Below, piece by piece: positions 9,337 to 17,782 of a stretch of DNA of 64,000 bases. Position 1 is the stretch's first letter; every line of letters starts with the position of its first letter. The DNA comes from Cyanobacteria bacterium HKST-UBA04 (GTDB taxonomy: Bacteria; Cyanobacteriota; Vampirovibrionia; Vampirovibrionales; JAGQHJ01), in the NCBI GenBank assembly GCA_020431915.1, contig JAGQHJ010000002.1:49078-113077 (forward strand), written 5' to 3'. Below the pieces are notes generated by a model that did not search any database, was not told the origin of the DNA, and worked only from the letters and a program-made list of their open reading frames with translations. The position numbers were made by a program, and so were the translations under genes.

Positions 9337-9369
9337 GCCCCTCGACCAAATGGATAGGGGGCTTTTTTT
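9337..9369 (+). terminator. Intrinsic-terminator-like hairpin (GCCCCT...AGGGGGC) plus a T7 run in the tpsB 5' leader; candidate attenuator
   Basis: GC-rich stem followed by TTTTTTT on the coding strand, about 50 nt upstream of the tpsB start. A TTGACA-like -35 element lies at about 9280. Confidence 0.45.
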
Positions 9370-9377
9370 ATGTACCT
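9356..9377 (+). repeat. Copy 3 of the recurrent motif AGGGGGCTTTTTTTAT-gt-ACCT
   Basis: Near-identical to the 15-mer ACGGGGCTTTTTTAT found at 15624 and 58560. Followed by ACCT after 2 nt. Confidence 0.5.
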
Positions 9378-9419
9378 GATCGCTTTTATAAACGTTTTTG
9401 GAGATACCCCCTTGAAACA

Positions 9420-11225
9420 TTGGATGGCGTGGCCCCAGCTTGTCGTGCTATAAGCTTTCGGCGGCTCATCGCCCCAATAGCGCTTTGCATGGCCCTCTAC
9501 GGCATCGGGCAAAGCAATTGCCCTTCCGAAGCCCAGGTTCCAACTCCCCAGCCACGCGACACCGCCGGCGCGGTTCAGAAAAAAGACATTGAAAACCAGC
9601 GGGAACGAAAAAACCGGCTGCACCCTCAACAGGAGCCCGAAACCGAGGTTGAGGACGAGCAAGAAGACACCACGCCCCAGTCCACCCAGCCCCAGACCAC
9701 CGTTACCCTCTCTTCCATTACCATCGAGGATGCCACACTGCTGGACCCCGAAGCCCTCGATCGCGTGAAGGCCGATTATTTGAACCGCCCCCTGACCTTT
9801 GACGACATTGAAAAACTGACGGATGCCCTGAGCGACCTGTACCACCAGGCCGGCTATGTCACCAGCCGGGTGTACATTCCCCCACAAACCATCAAGGGCG
9901 GCCAGCTAACCCTGAAAGCCGCCGAAGGCAAGGTCGGGATCATCACGGTCGAGTCGGGCCGATGGTTCAAGAAACGGTCCGTGCTGCCCTACGTCACCCT
10001 GGATCGCGGCGAGCACTTTAACCTGAACAAGCTCAAGCGCGACCTGCGCCGCATTAACCAGAACCCCGACCGAAACGTCCGCGCCATCCTGAAAGCCGGT
10101 GAGGAAACCGGGCAAACCGATATCAACCTGAAGGTGACCGACCAGTTCCCCATCCACCTTTCGACCAACTGGGACAACATGGGCCGGGACCTGATTGGCA
10201 CCAACCGCCTGGGTACCACGGCCACGTTTAACAACCTGCTGGGCTTTGGCGATACGGGGTGGGCCACCGCCAACTTTACCCGCCGATCCTTTGGCCACGG
10301 CGAACATTACGAAATCCCCGTCAGCAGCCACGGCACGTCGATTGGCAGCAACTACTACTTCAGCAACCTGCTGCTGGGTACCATCCAGGGGCTGGAAAAT
10401 TTCCGCATTACCGGCCAGGCCCAGACCATTAGCGGCTACGTCAAACAGGAATGGGTGAATACGGAAAAATACAAGATTGCCCAGGATGTCAGCCTGAACT
10501 TTGTGGACCTGGAAACCTCCATTAACAACGCCATTACGCGCCAGCAAGTTGGCGGTGGCCGGTTTAACGACTCGGTTCGGGTGCTGCGGACCGGCGTGAA
10601 CATTGAGCGTTACGGCCAGAGCAGCCGCACGTTTGTACGCCCCGAAGCCAGCCTGGGCCTGGATATTCTGGGGGGCGACGTGGCCAGGAAACCAGGTGGC
10701 ATTGGCAGCCGACTGGGGGCTGGCTCGCAGTTCCTTAAGCTGTCCGGGTCGGCCATGCATACCCAGCAACTGCCCTTCCTCAATGCCTTGGGCATTTTCA
10801 GGGTATCGGGCCAGTACACCCCCGACAGCCTGGTCAGTGCCGAGCAGTTTCAGGCCGGCGGGGCCTTTACGGTACGCGGCTACAAGGAAGGCACCCTGAT
10901 TGCCGACAAGGGCATGGTCAGCAGCGTCGAAATACGGGTGCCCCTGCGGGTGTTTCCCAAAGACTGGAAACTGCCCCTGGCCGAACAGTCCTTAAATGAC
11001 GCGCTGGAAGCCGTCGGGTTTATTGACCATGGCTACACCATGGTGGCCAACCCCACCCCTGGAACCAACCAAAACCAAAGCATCCTGGGTACCGGCTGCG
11101 GGCTGCGCTACCGCCTGACCAAGTACCTGGTCGGCTGGCTCGACCTGGGCTTCCCGCTGCTGCTTAATGCCAGCAACAAGCAAACCGCCCGGCTTCACTT
11201 CGGCGTGCAATCGGAATTGTTCTAA
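9420..11225 (+). CDS. Two-partner-secretion outer-membrane transporter TpsB (ShlB/FhaC/HecB family, POTRA + Omp85-like barrel)
   Basis: Characteristic ShlB-type POTRA segment (LTFDDIEKLTDALSDLYHQAGYVTSRVYIPPQTIKGGQLTLKAAEGKVGII) and a C-terminal beta-barrel ending in a terminal F. TTG start at 9420 with a GGAGA RBS and a predicted signal peptide. The annotated ORF start at 9180 is probably too far upstream. Confidence 0.8.
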   Translation: MDGVAPACRAISFRRLIAPIALCMALYGIGQSNCPSEAQVPTPQPRDTAGAVQKKDIENQRERKNRLHPQQEPETEVEDEQEDTTPQSTQPQTTVTLSSITIEDATLLDPEALDRVKADYLNRPLTFDDIEKLTDALSDLYHQAGYVTSRVYIPPQTIKGGQLTLKAAEGKVGIITVESGRWFKKRSVLPYVTLDRGEHFNLNKLKRDLRRINQNPDRNVRAILKAGEETGQTDINLKVTDQFPIHLSTNWDNMGRDLIGTNRLGTTATFNNLLGFGDTGWATANFTRRSFGHGEHYEIPVSSHGTSIGSNYYFSNLLLGTIQGLENFRITGQAQTISGYVKQEWVNTEKYKIAQDVSLNFVDLETSINNAITRQQVGGGRFNDSVRVLRTGVNIERYGQSSRTFVRPEASLGLDILGGDVARKPGGIGSRLGAGSQFLKLSGSAMHTQQLPFLNALGIFRVSGQYTPDSLVSAEQFQAGGAFTVRGYKEGTLIADKGMVSSVEIRVPLRVFPKDWKLPLAEQSLNDALEAVGFIDHGYTMVANPTPGTNQNQSILGTGCGLRYRLTKYLVGWLDLGFPLLLNASNKQTARLHFGVQSELF

Positions 11226-11272
11226 CCAATCCCCTGAGACACAGCCCCTGCCCCTACCCAAAACGTGTGGTT

Positions 11273-11512
11273 TCAGGCTAAAAACGAAATGCGGCCATTG
11301 ACCTTGTTGTTGTCGTGCGGCAACGGGCCGGCCAAATTAAACGGGTTTTGCCCCGCAGGCATCCCGGCCCCGCCGCCATGGCTGCCGGCGGCATTGTTGA
11401 CCGATTGCCCCTGCTGGCCCCCGCCGCCCCCGCCCACCGGCGGGCGTGCAAAATTAAACGGCGATGACCGGTTCATTGATGCACCCGAGCTTGATATTGG
11501 CCCAAACCCCAT
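11273..11512 (-). CDS. Small Gly-rich protein (79 aa) with two NPF motifs and C-terminal ...GRISFLA
   Basis: ATG preceded by AAGAGGA at about 8 nt spacing. Paralogous to the 11941-12159 ORF (both start MG, contain NPFxxL twice and end in SFLA). Contains a poly-Gly run. Confidence 0.4.
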   Translation of the reverse strand: MGFGPISSSGASMNRSSPFNFARPPVGGGGGGQQGQSVNNAAGSHGGGAGMPAGQNPFNLAGPLPHDNNKVNGRISFLA

Positions 11513-11595
11513 TCGGCGAGTCCTCTTGGTTTAAAGACACCCCTCTGTATTGGTATTGTTCCCAACCAGACTGTTTCTGCAACCATACCCTGTGC

Positions 11596-11609
11596 GCGCG
11601 CATGCGCGC
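11596..11609. promoter_or_regulatory. Perfect 14-bp palindrome GCGCGCATGCGCGC between the two small paralog genes
   Basis: Exact palindrome of alternating GC (also Z-DNA-prone), about 85-100 nt upstream of the 11512 start. Confidence 0.4.
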
Positions 11610-11940
11610 CTTGTGTCTCTGCAAGCGACGGTGGTAACCGTCTCAAGACAAAAGATGCCTCAACTGCACTAAAGTTAATTTGTTGCGTTTTTTGCTACAT
11701 GTGTCTGCCATTAGGTGCGATCTGTTACATGGGGTTACACAGAAGGGCACGGCCATCAGCACGCCACTGTGCCATGGAACGCCACAACAGCAGGCTCAAC
11801 ATGATGAAGCCTGCTGCTGCGGTTTTTCTTAAAAAGAAAGCTATCGGGGATCACGATGCCCAAAGCGCGGGGTTCTCCAGCACTGTGCGCGATGAGGCAA
11901 CATCGCATCACAAGCCGAAAAAACAATCTCTGGAGCAGCG

Positions 11941-12159
11941 TTAGGCCAGGAAGCTGCTGCTGCCACCATTGGCAAACACCGGTACAAAATAACTATCTGA
12001 ACCGAGTGACGAATGGGATGAAGCCGACAGATTCTCAAACGGGTTGTGACTGTGTTTGGTCGGTTTGTTAATCTGCGGTTTCACCAAAGGCACAGCGGCT
12101 TGCGAGGCCACATGATGATGAGCCGGTTGCTGGGATATAAAGGGATTAACCTTGCCCAT
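11941..12159 (-). CDS. Small Ser/His-rich protein (72 aa), paralog of 11273-11512, C-terminal ...GGSSSFLA
   Basis: ATG preceded by AGGAAGGA at about 11 nt. Shares the MG start, two NPF motifs and the C-terminal SFLA with its neighbour. A long (~430 nt) AT-rich leader lies upstream. Confidence 0.4.
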   Translation of the reverse strand: MGKVNPFISQQPAHHHVASQAAVPLVKPQINKPTKHSHNPFENLSASSHSSLGSDSYFVPVFANGGSSSFLA

Positions 12160-12586
12160 TGGTGATTGATTCCTTCCTGGTTTTCACGTTAAGCGTACGA
12201 TTCTCGCGTGTACTTCCTCACGTCTCCGAAAATGATCCAGATGCCCAGAGGCCGGTGATATAAAGAGGTATCGGTGTGCAGGCCGCACCAAAACAAGCTA
12301 ATGATTCTCGTCAGATGCGCGTGCGTGAGCTTGGCCATGTACCATTTGGCTTTACACCTGGCACATCCGGGGTGAGACAACACGGAATTCGTTCGCCGTT
12401 GGATGTTCTCGCTTCTTTTTGACTTCTCGTAACTTGATGGGGTGATTAATAGGGGGTGACTAAACAGAAAACGCACATGTTGCGCTTTACCTAATAATAA
12501 AAAAACAGGCATTAACAAAATTGCTGAAAAATCGCCGAAACCCGCTCAGCTGTTACCTTTTTTAACAAAATCGCTTTAGATTTTGT

Positions 12587-14089
12587 TTATTTTTTAGTGC
12601 ACACCACACTGTAAATAGCGCGAGCCACCGGGGTTTCGTCCAGAATGTACTCGACGACCAGTTCCCCCACCAGCCGTTCGTCATGTTCGATGCTCAACAG
12701 CATCATTTCGGCCCGTTTCCACAAGGGGTTGCTGGGATAATCAAACGTCTGCTCAAACACGGCGGTTGGGCCAAATACACGCTGGGGAACGCTACTGACC
12801 TTAAACAGCCGCTGGCGTTCCGGCTCGATGCTGACCCCAAAATTGTCGAACACCACCTGTTGCAGGGTGGCCTCTTCGAGCCACTGGCCTAAAAACAGTT
12901 TGGAGTCATACGTGTCATTAAGCTGCTTGCGCGCCACTTCAAGCTGCTCAAGCACCGCCTGGTAGTTATGCTCCAGGGAACGGTAACGTTGCTCAAAATC
13001 AATCAGGCGACGTTGCAGCGAAGACTTGTCGTTGAGCAGCTGCGTGGCTTCGCGGTGCAGGCCCTGCACATCCTGCGAGGTCTCCAGCACCTGGGTCAAC
13101 TCGTCAATCTTGTCCTGAAAGACATGGTTGCTCTGGTGCAGGTGGGCATTGAGTTTCTCAAGTTCGGTAATCTTGCGCTGGTAGGCATCCTTGTCTTTCA
13201 TCAACCGGTCAACCAGCAGCAGCATGTTGCTGCCCACATCACCCGACGGGTCTACATACCCGGGGCGATCCGCCTCCAGATCGGGTTCGGCCGAAACGGC
13301 ATAACCCAGCGCATTTTCTATATAGGCGTTTCGATCCAGCTCGCTGGACAACCGTTCGCCCAACGACGGTTTACCGGCGCCTGCCACGATAACCGGCGAT
13401 ACATAATCTTGCGGGTCTCCCGACAGATCGATCTGGAGAGTTGCGTCATCGATTTCAAACGCCTGGTCCGTACCTTCCGGTGCCTGACCAGCCACGGTTT
13501 GCTTGCCAACGGCCTCAAGCTGTTCAACCAATTCCAACGCCACCCGCCCCGACAGGCTTTGGTCCGCCTTGGCGGGGGGAATCGCTTCTTCAGCATTCGA
13601 CGCTTCAGCCTGGCTGGAAGACGATTCCGCCTGCTGCCGAAGGGCCTCGTCAAAACTACGGGCCGCCTCAAGATCGGCCGATTGGGGAGGCTGTGCAACC
13701 GACAACCGGATGTCCTGCTGGGCAATTTCCTGGGCCAGTTGGGCCTCTAGCGCGGCCTCCTGAGCAGCCTGGGACTGGCGCTGCCGATCCGGCGACTGGG
13801 CCAAGGCATGGGGACGGGCCATACCCACCCGGTCCGATTTGATTTCCTGGGGGGTCGACGACACCACGGATTTGGGCAGGATAATCAGGCGCTTGATGTC
13901 CTCGAGGGAGCGGCCCAGAATCAGGTGCTTCTTGATGTTTTTGAACAGGTTAACGTGCAGGGGACTGTAGTCTTTCAGCCCATCGGAACGAACCGGAATA
14001 TCCAGCCCAAGTTCGGTTTCCCACAACTCGATATCCTGCTGTTGAATGTCAAAGGCTTTTAATTTATCCAGTACGGCCGGTGTGGTCAT
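12587..14089 (-). CDS. MerR-like N-terminal domain protein fused to a ~350-aa Q/E/L-rich coiled coil and a ~100-aa C-terminal globular domain
   Basis: Residues 1-70 from the internal ATG (MTTPAVLDKLKAFDIQQQDIELWETELGLDIPVRSDGLKDYSPLHVNLFKNIKKHLILGRSLEDIKRLI) align by eye to the MerR HTH and wing pattern. The middle section has heptad-like repeats. Annotated ORF start 14218 is probably upstream of the true start. Confidence 0.5.
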   Translation of the reverse strand: MTTPAVLDKLKAFDIQQQDIELWETELGLDIPVRSDGLKDYSPLHVNLFKNIKKHLILGRSLEDIKRLIILPKSVVSSTPQEIKSDRVGMARPHALAQSPDRQRQSQAAQEAALEAQLAQEIAQQDIRLSVAQPPQSADLEAARSFDEALRQQAESSSSQAEASNAEEAIPPAKADQSLSGRVALELVEQLEAVGKQTVAGQAPEGTDQAFEIDDATLQIDLSGDPQDYVSPVIVAGAGKPSLGERLSSELDRNAYIENALGYAVSAEPDLEADRPGYVDPSGDVGSNMLLLVDRLMKDKDAYQRKITELEKLNAHLHQSNHVFQDKIDELTQVLETSQDVQGLHREATQLLNDKSSLQRRLIDFEQRYRSLEHNYQAVLEQLEVARKQLNDTYDSKLFLGQWLEEATLQQVVFDNFGVSIEPERQRLFKVSSVPQRVFGPTAVFEQTFDYPSNPLWKRAEMMLLSIEHDERLVGELVVEYILDETPVARAIYSVVCTKK

Positions 14090-14483
14090 CGTCGTGATCC
14101 TGTACAATCCCCAAGTTAAACGTTGGCTAGAGATTCCAGAAAGGTAAAAGGTCCCAACGGACAGGTGTAGGGCGTTGTGGGGCGCTACTGAACCGGTGCC
14201 CAACAAGCCAAGTGCCAAACCTTCAGTCTATTTCGCTTCGGTTTATCAGGGTGCACTACAGTGGTTTGCCTGCAAATGTGTTATAAAGTATTATTTCTTG
14301 TTTATTATAAATGTTGACGAAAAAATATAAAAGAACCGGTACGAATCCTGTTACAATATAACATTTTTTCACAAACACATGCCCGGCAACAGAGCTTGAT
14401 GGGTGGCCTTTCTACAAAGTATCTCAGTGAATATATACTAAATTACATGCGTAATACGGTCAAGCCGCCTCTGGGAATCTCGA

Positions 14484-15059
14484 CTATTTGGGGGAGCCCG
14501 CATTGGGTCCTACAACCGGTCCTACAACCGGTTCTACAACCGGCCCCAAAGCCGGTCCGGCAGTGGGATGCGACGGCCAGCCGCCCAGTTGTCGCAGGCC
14601 TTCATACAACACCACACTGGCACATGTGGCCAGGTTTAGGCTGCGGCGATCGGCCAGCATCGGCACACGAAAAGCGTGTTGAGCATAGTGGGTCAACACG
14701 GCCTCGGGCAAACCCGTCGCTTCACTGCCAAAAATCAGGTAATGTCCCCGTTTAAACGGAATTTGCGTGTAGCAGTGCCGGGCCCGGGTGCTGAGCAGGG
14801 AAAACCCCCAATCGGGGTTCAAGGCCCTCAAGGCCTCAAAGTCTTCCACATGCACCGGCTCGACGTGTGCGAGGTAGTCCATGCCCGATCGCTTCAAATA
14901 CTTGTCGCCAAAGGAAAACCCTAAGTCACCGACCAGGTAGAGCGCAGAGCCCGTACAGGCACACAGTCGGCCAATAGCCCCCACATTGCCGGGTATTCGG
15001 GGCTCCACCAGCACCACCCCCAAGCCCGATTGCTCGGCCAGCGCCGACTCGGCGGTCAT
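14484..15059 (-). CDS. trmL: tRNA (cytidine/uridine-2'-O)-methyltransferase TrmL (SpoU/TrmH family) with a C-terminal PVVG-repeat tail
   Basis: SPOUT motifs (VVLVEPRIPGNVGAIGRLCACTG ... YLIFGSEATGLPEAVL ... RSLNLATCASVVLYEGLRQ). Its ATG overlaps the cutA stop (ATGA). Confidence 0.8.
   Translation of the reverse strand: MTAESALAEQSGLGVVLVEPRIPGNVGAIGRLCACTGSALYLVGDLGFSFGDKYLKRSGMDYLAHVEPVHVEDFEALRALNPDWGFSLLSTRARHCYTQIPFKRGHYLIFGSEATGLPEAVLTHYAQHAFRVPMLADRRSLNLATCASVVLYEGLRQLGGWPSHPTAGPALGPVVEPVVGPVVGPNAGSPK
14507..14554. repeat. 12-bp tandem repeat x4 (GGTCCTACAACC and variants) encoding the (P)VVG repeats at the trmL 3' end
   Basis: Read directly: ggtcctacaacc ggtcctacaacc ggttctacaacc ggccccaaagcc. 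Confidence 0.7.
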
Positions 15060-15403
15060 GCCTTGGCCAGCTCCACACTGGTCTGCACCCACGTCAGGTA
15101 GGCCGGCAACCCCGCCTGGATGGGTACCTGAATGACCTCGGGCACCTCGTAGGGGTGGTTTTGGGCCACCCAGTCCTGCAAAGCCGGCCAACAGCCCTGG
15201 GTGGTTTTGATAATCAGCAGGACTTCAGGTTCCTGGGCCAACTTGCCCTGCCAAACGTAGATCGACTCCAGGCCGGGCACCAGGTTGACGCATGCCGCCA
15301 GCCTCCCTTCCACCAAGCCATGGGCCAGTTGACGGGCCACGGCCATCGACGGGGCCGTGACAAACCCCATGCAGGGCGTTTCAGACGGTTGATTTTGATT
15401 CAT
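15056..15403 (-). CDS. cutA: Divalent-cation tolerance protein CutA
   Basis: 115 aa from the internal ATG. CutA1 signature region (AACVNLVPGLESIYVWQGKLAQEPEVLLIIKTTQ). Confidence 0.75.
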   Translation of the reverse strand: MNQNQPSETPCMGFVTAPSMAVARQLAHGLVEGRLAACVNLVPGLESIYVWQGKLAQEPEVLLIIKTTQGCWPALQDWVAQNHPYEVPEVIQVPIQAGLPAYLTWVQTSVELAKA

Positions 15404-15623
15404 AACGGGGACAACGCCTCCTCTTTGCGCACTAGCGGTACAGGCCTGGTACAACCCGCTAGAACAGGCTGTCGGGCTCTTTACATAACCTTAACATGGA
15501 AGGGACTTGACCCTTCTGGATAAGGGTATTAGAGTCATGGACGTAATCACTACTCACACTTATCCAAAATTGTTATCTATTTAGCTCACGGGGCGCAATC
15601 ATGCTGAGTGATTGTATTTGCCT

Positions 15624-15645
15624 ACGGGGCTTTTTTATTGAACCT
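15624..15645 (+). repeat. Copy 1 of the recurrent motif ACGGGGCTTTTTTAT-tga-ACCT
   Basis: Exact 15-mer shared with 58560-58574, in the cutA/lipoprotein divergent intergenic region. No upstream complementary stem, so it is not a simple terminator. Confidence 0.5.
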
Positions 15646-15850
15646 CCCTTCATCCTTAATCCTCACCGGCTTGGCTGTTTTGAATCACATCAAATCGGTA
15701 TTCAGGTGAGCCCTATTTTAAAAAATTGGTTTACAATGCATTAAATAGCTTTCATTGAGTGCTTTTGTTCTTAGCCGTACAGAACCCGATGAGCGTGTGT
15801 GTATCAGATCCCCCTTTTTTAGTTAAACGTCATAGGAGTGACACAACACA

Positions 15851-16114
15851 ATGAACATTAAATTACTGATGGCCGGTTTGTTAATGACCAGTTTTGTGGG
15901 CAGCACCATCCTGACCACCGGCTGCACCCCTCCCGAGCAAGCCGCTACGACGGAAGAAACCCCGGCTGCAACCGATGAAGCTGCTCCGGCTGAAGAAGCT
16001 GCTGCTCCCGAGGCCGCCGCTCCCGAAGCTGCTGCTGGTGAAGCTGCCGCTAGTGAAGCTGCCCCGGCTGAAGAAGCTGCCAGTGCTGATCACGCTGAAG
16101 GTGACCACCACTAG
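15851..16114 (+). CDS. Small lipoprotein (lipobox LTTGC) with an A/E/P-rich low-complexity body
   Basis: Signal peptide followed by a Cys lipobox. Repetitive AAPEA/EEAA composition. Confidence 0.55.
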   Translation: MNIKLLMAGLLMTSFVGSTILTTGCTPPEQAATTEETPAATDEAAPAEEAAAPEAAAPEAAAGEAAASEAAPAEEAASADHAEGDHH

Positions 16115-16157
16115 ACCTTTTCTCGCTTAACCCGAGAACAAACAGTTTTTTATACAC

Positions 16158-16200
16158 CAACACCCTCGTGTTTCAGACACGGGGGTGTTGTTTATTTGTG
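16158..16200 (+). terminator. Rho-independent terminator (13-bp stem with one mismatch, T-rich tail) downstream of the lipoprotein gene
   Basis: CAACACCCTCGTGT-ttcag-ACACGGGGGTGTTG followed by TTTATTTGTG. A T6 run also precedes the stem. Confidence 0.7.
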
Positions 16201-16629
16201 GGGCTTCATAAAACGCTGCACCAACGGGTTCGAGGACAAGACCGTTTCGGTCAGATCCACCCAGTGACGGGCCTGCCAAAGCAGCTCGCGCCAGGTCCAG
16301 TTGTTGTCGTACTCGACAGAAGCCTCTTGCTGGTTGTACTTCAGCATAATATGGTCCGGTAACCCCTCGCCCTTGAGCAGGTAGGCCGCAATCTCTGCCA
16401 GATGCCCCAATTGCACATCACAATAGAACGTCTCCTGGTGGTGCCGATCCTCGTCGGATTCGAAATACCAAAGAATGGTGTAGGCACACCGCACGGACGG
16501 ATCTTCATTACCCAGCGACGGCCAGGTATTAATGGCAACGCGGGGCTCAAGGGTCTCGTCGGCCACAGCCGCCAACAAGGCCCCACTTTGAATACGATAA
16601 GCTTGAGCGCGTTTAGGATGCATAGACAA
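16192..16629 (-). CDS. Hypothetical acidic Trp-rich protein (145 aa)
   Basis: Protein-like composition. The overlapping ORF 16341-16868 looks like antisense junk. No family recognised. Confidence 0.4.
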   Translation of the reverse strand: MSMHPKRAQAYRIQSGALLAAVADETLEPRVAINTWPSLGNEDPSVRCAYTILWYFESDEDRHHQETFYCDVQLGHLAEIAAYLLKGEGLPDHIMLKYNQQEASVEYDNNWTWRELLWQARHWVDLTETVLSSNPLVQRFMKPHK

Positions 16630-16891
16630 ACAGCGTCGCGGTTAACCAAAGCAAGAACCGGCTCATTCAAGTGTCCTGGATAAAGAGCGCCTAACACTTT
16701 TCCTCTATAATTGGGAAGGTGCCTGTAGAAGAGGCGCGCCTGAAGCGCCTTGCCAAAGACACTTACAGAAAACACTTGCTGAGAGAGAGAACGCCGCCGT
16801 GGCCTGTTCTTGGCCAGGCACAGTGCACGTCCTGTCTCCATCCTACAGAGTTTGGCCACCTGCAGCACCCTCCCAATGGAGGACCCCCTTC

Positions 16892-17782
16892 ATGCCCGAA
16901 CACGGCGCATCCCCCTACCCCCACCTGTATAACCGGCTGATTGCCATCACTCGGCCCGAACCGTTTGCCACGGTTTTGGCCAGCCACCTGCATAGCCTGG
17001 GGGCCAAAACACTGGTGGCGCCATTAACCCAGCTTTCCTTGCTGGCGCCCGACCCCGAGGACGTCCGCGTCCTGCATGGGTGGCTCATTGGGGCCCAAAA
17101 ATACCTGAATCAGGCCCAAAACCCTTACTGGATCATCCTGACCAGTCCCAACGCGGTCCGTTTTACCCAGCAGTGGTTCGAATCGGCCAAGCTGGACTGG
17201 TCACTACTGAAAGCCTGTCAGGTTGCGGTTCAAGGCCCTGGGACCAAGCGTTTGGCGCAACAGGCTGGGCTTAACGTGGTGGTGGAAGCCAACCCGCACT
17301 CCTCCGAAGGCATGGCTCAAACCTTGCTCAGGTACATCCGGCAGTCCGGTAGCCCCCATCCCCCCTATTTCCAATGGTTTCGCTCGGCCCTGGCCCCCGC
17401 CAAACTGATTGAACTGATTGATCAGGGCCTGAATAAGCAAACCGGTATTTCCCACCGAGCCGTATATGATACGGTGCCGGCACCCGCATCACCAGCTACT
17501 GATGGTCTTATTGAGGTTTTGGGCAACCATCAGCTCGACACGTTGCTGTTTATGAGCCCTTCGGCCGTGCATGCCCTGACCAAGCTGTGGCCATCGTCGG
17601 CACCCGACTTAGCCCAGACCCTGAGCCATGCCAAGCTGGTGGTGGCTTCCGTGGGACCTTCCACAAGCGATGCCCTGCTTAATATTGGCGTAAAAGCCTT
17701 TTTGCAGGCACCCGTACACAGCCTTGACGGTATTTTGGGCACCCTCGACACCTATTACAGCCAACTGGAGCCTGTTAAATAA
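16892..17782 (+). CDS. hemD: Uroporphyrinogen-III synthase (HemD) domain protein
   Basis: Two HemD half-domains (IAITRPEPFATVLASHLHSLGAKTLVAPL ... LLFMSPSAVHAL). ATG with a GGAGG RBS. Its stop overlaps the next start (TAATG). Confidence 0.65.
   Translation: MPEHGASPYPHLYNRLIAITRPEPFATVLASHLHSLGAKTLVAPLTQLSLLAPDPEDVRVLHGWLIGAQKYLNQAQNPYWIILTSPNAVRFTQQWFESAKLDWSLLKACQVAVQGPGTKRLAQQAGLNVVVEANPHSSEGMAQTLLRYIRQSGSPHPPYFQWFRSALAPAKLIELIDQGLNKQTGISHRAVYDTVPAPASPATDGLIEVLGNHQLDTLLFMSPSAVHALTKLWPSSAPDLAQTLSHAKLVVASVGPSTSDALLNIGVKAFLQAPVHSLDGILGTLDTYYSQLEPVK

Noticed and set aside
12189-12518. A 109-aa ORF in the AT-rich stretch between the MerR-like gene and the small SFLA genes
   Set aside because: Its codon and amino acid composition is atypical for this genome (AT-rich, Cys/His/Trp scattered). 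I interpret the region instead as a promoter and long 5' leader of the small-protein genes.
16727-16736. AGGCGCGCCT palindrome upstream of hemD as a candidate NrtR operator
   Set aside because: Known NrtR operators are AT-rich palindromes of about 21 bp. This GC-rich 10-mer does not resemble them and is more likely incidental.
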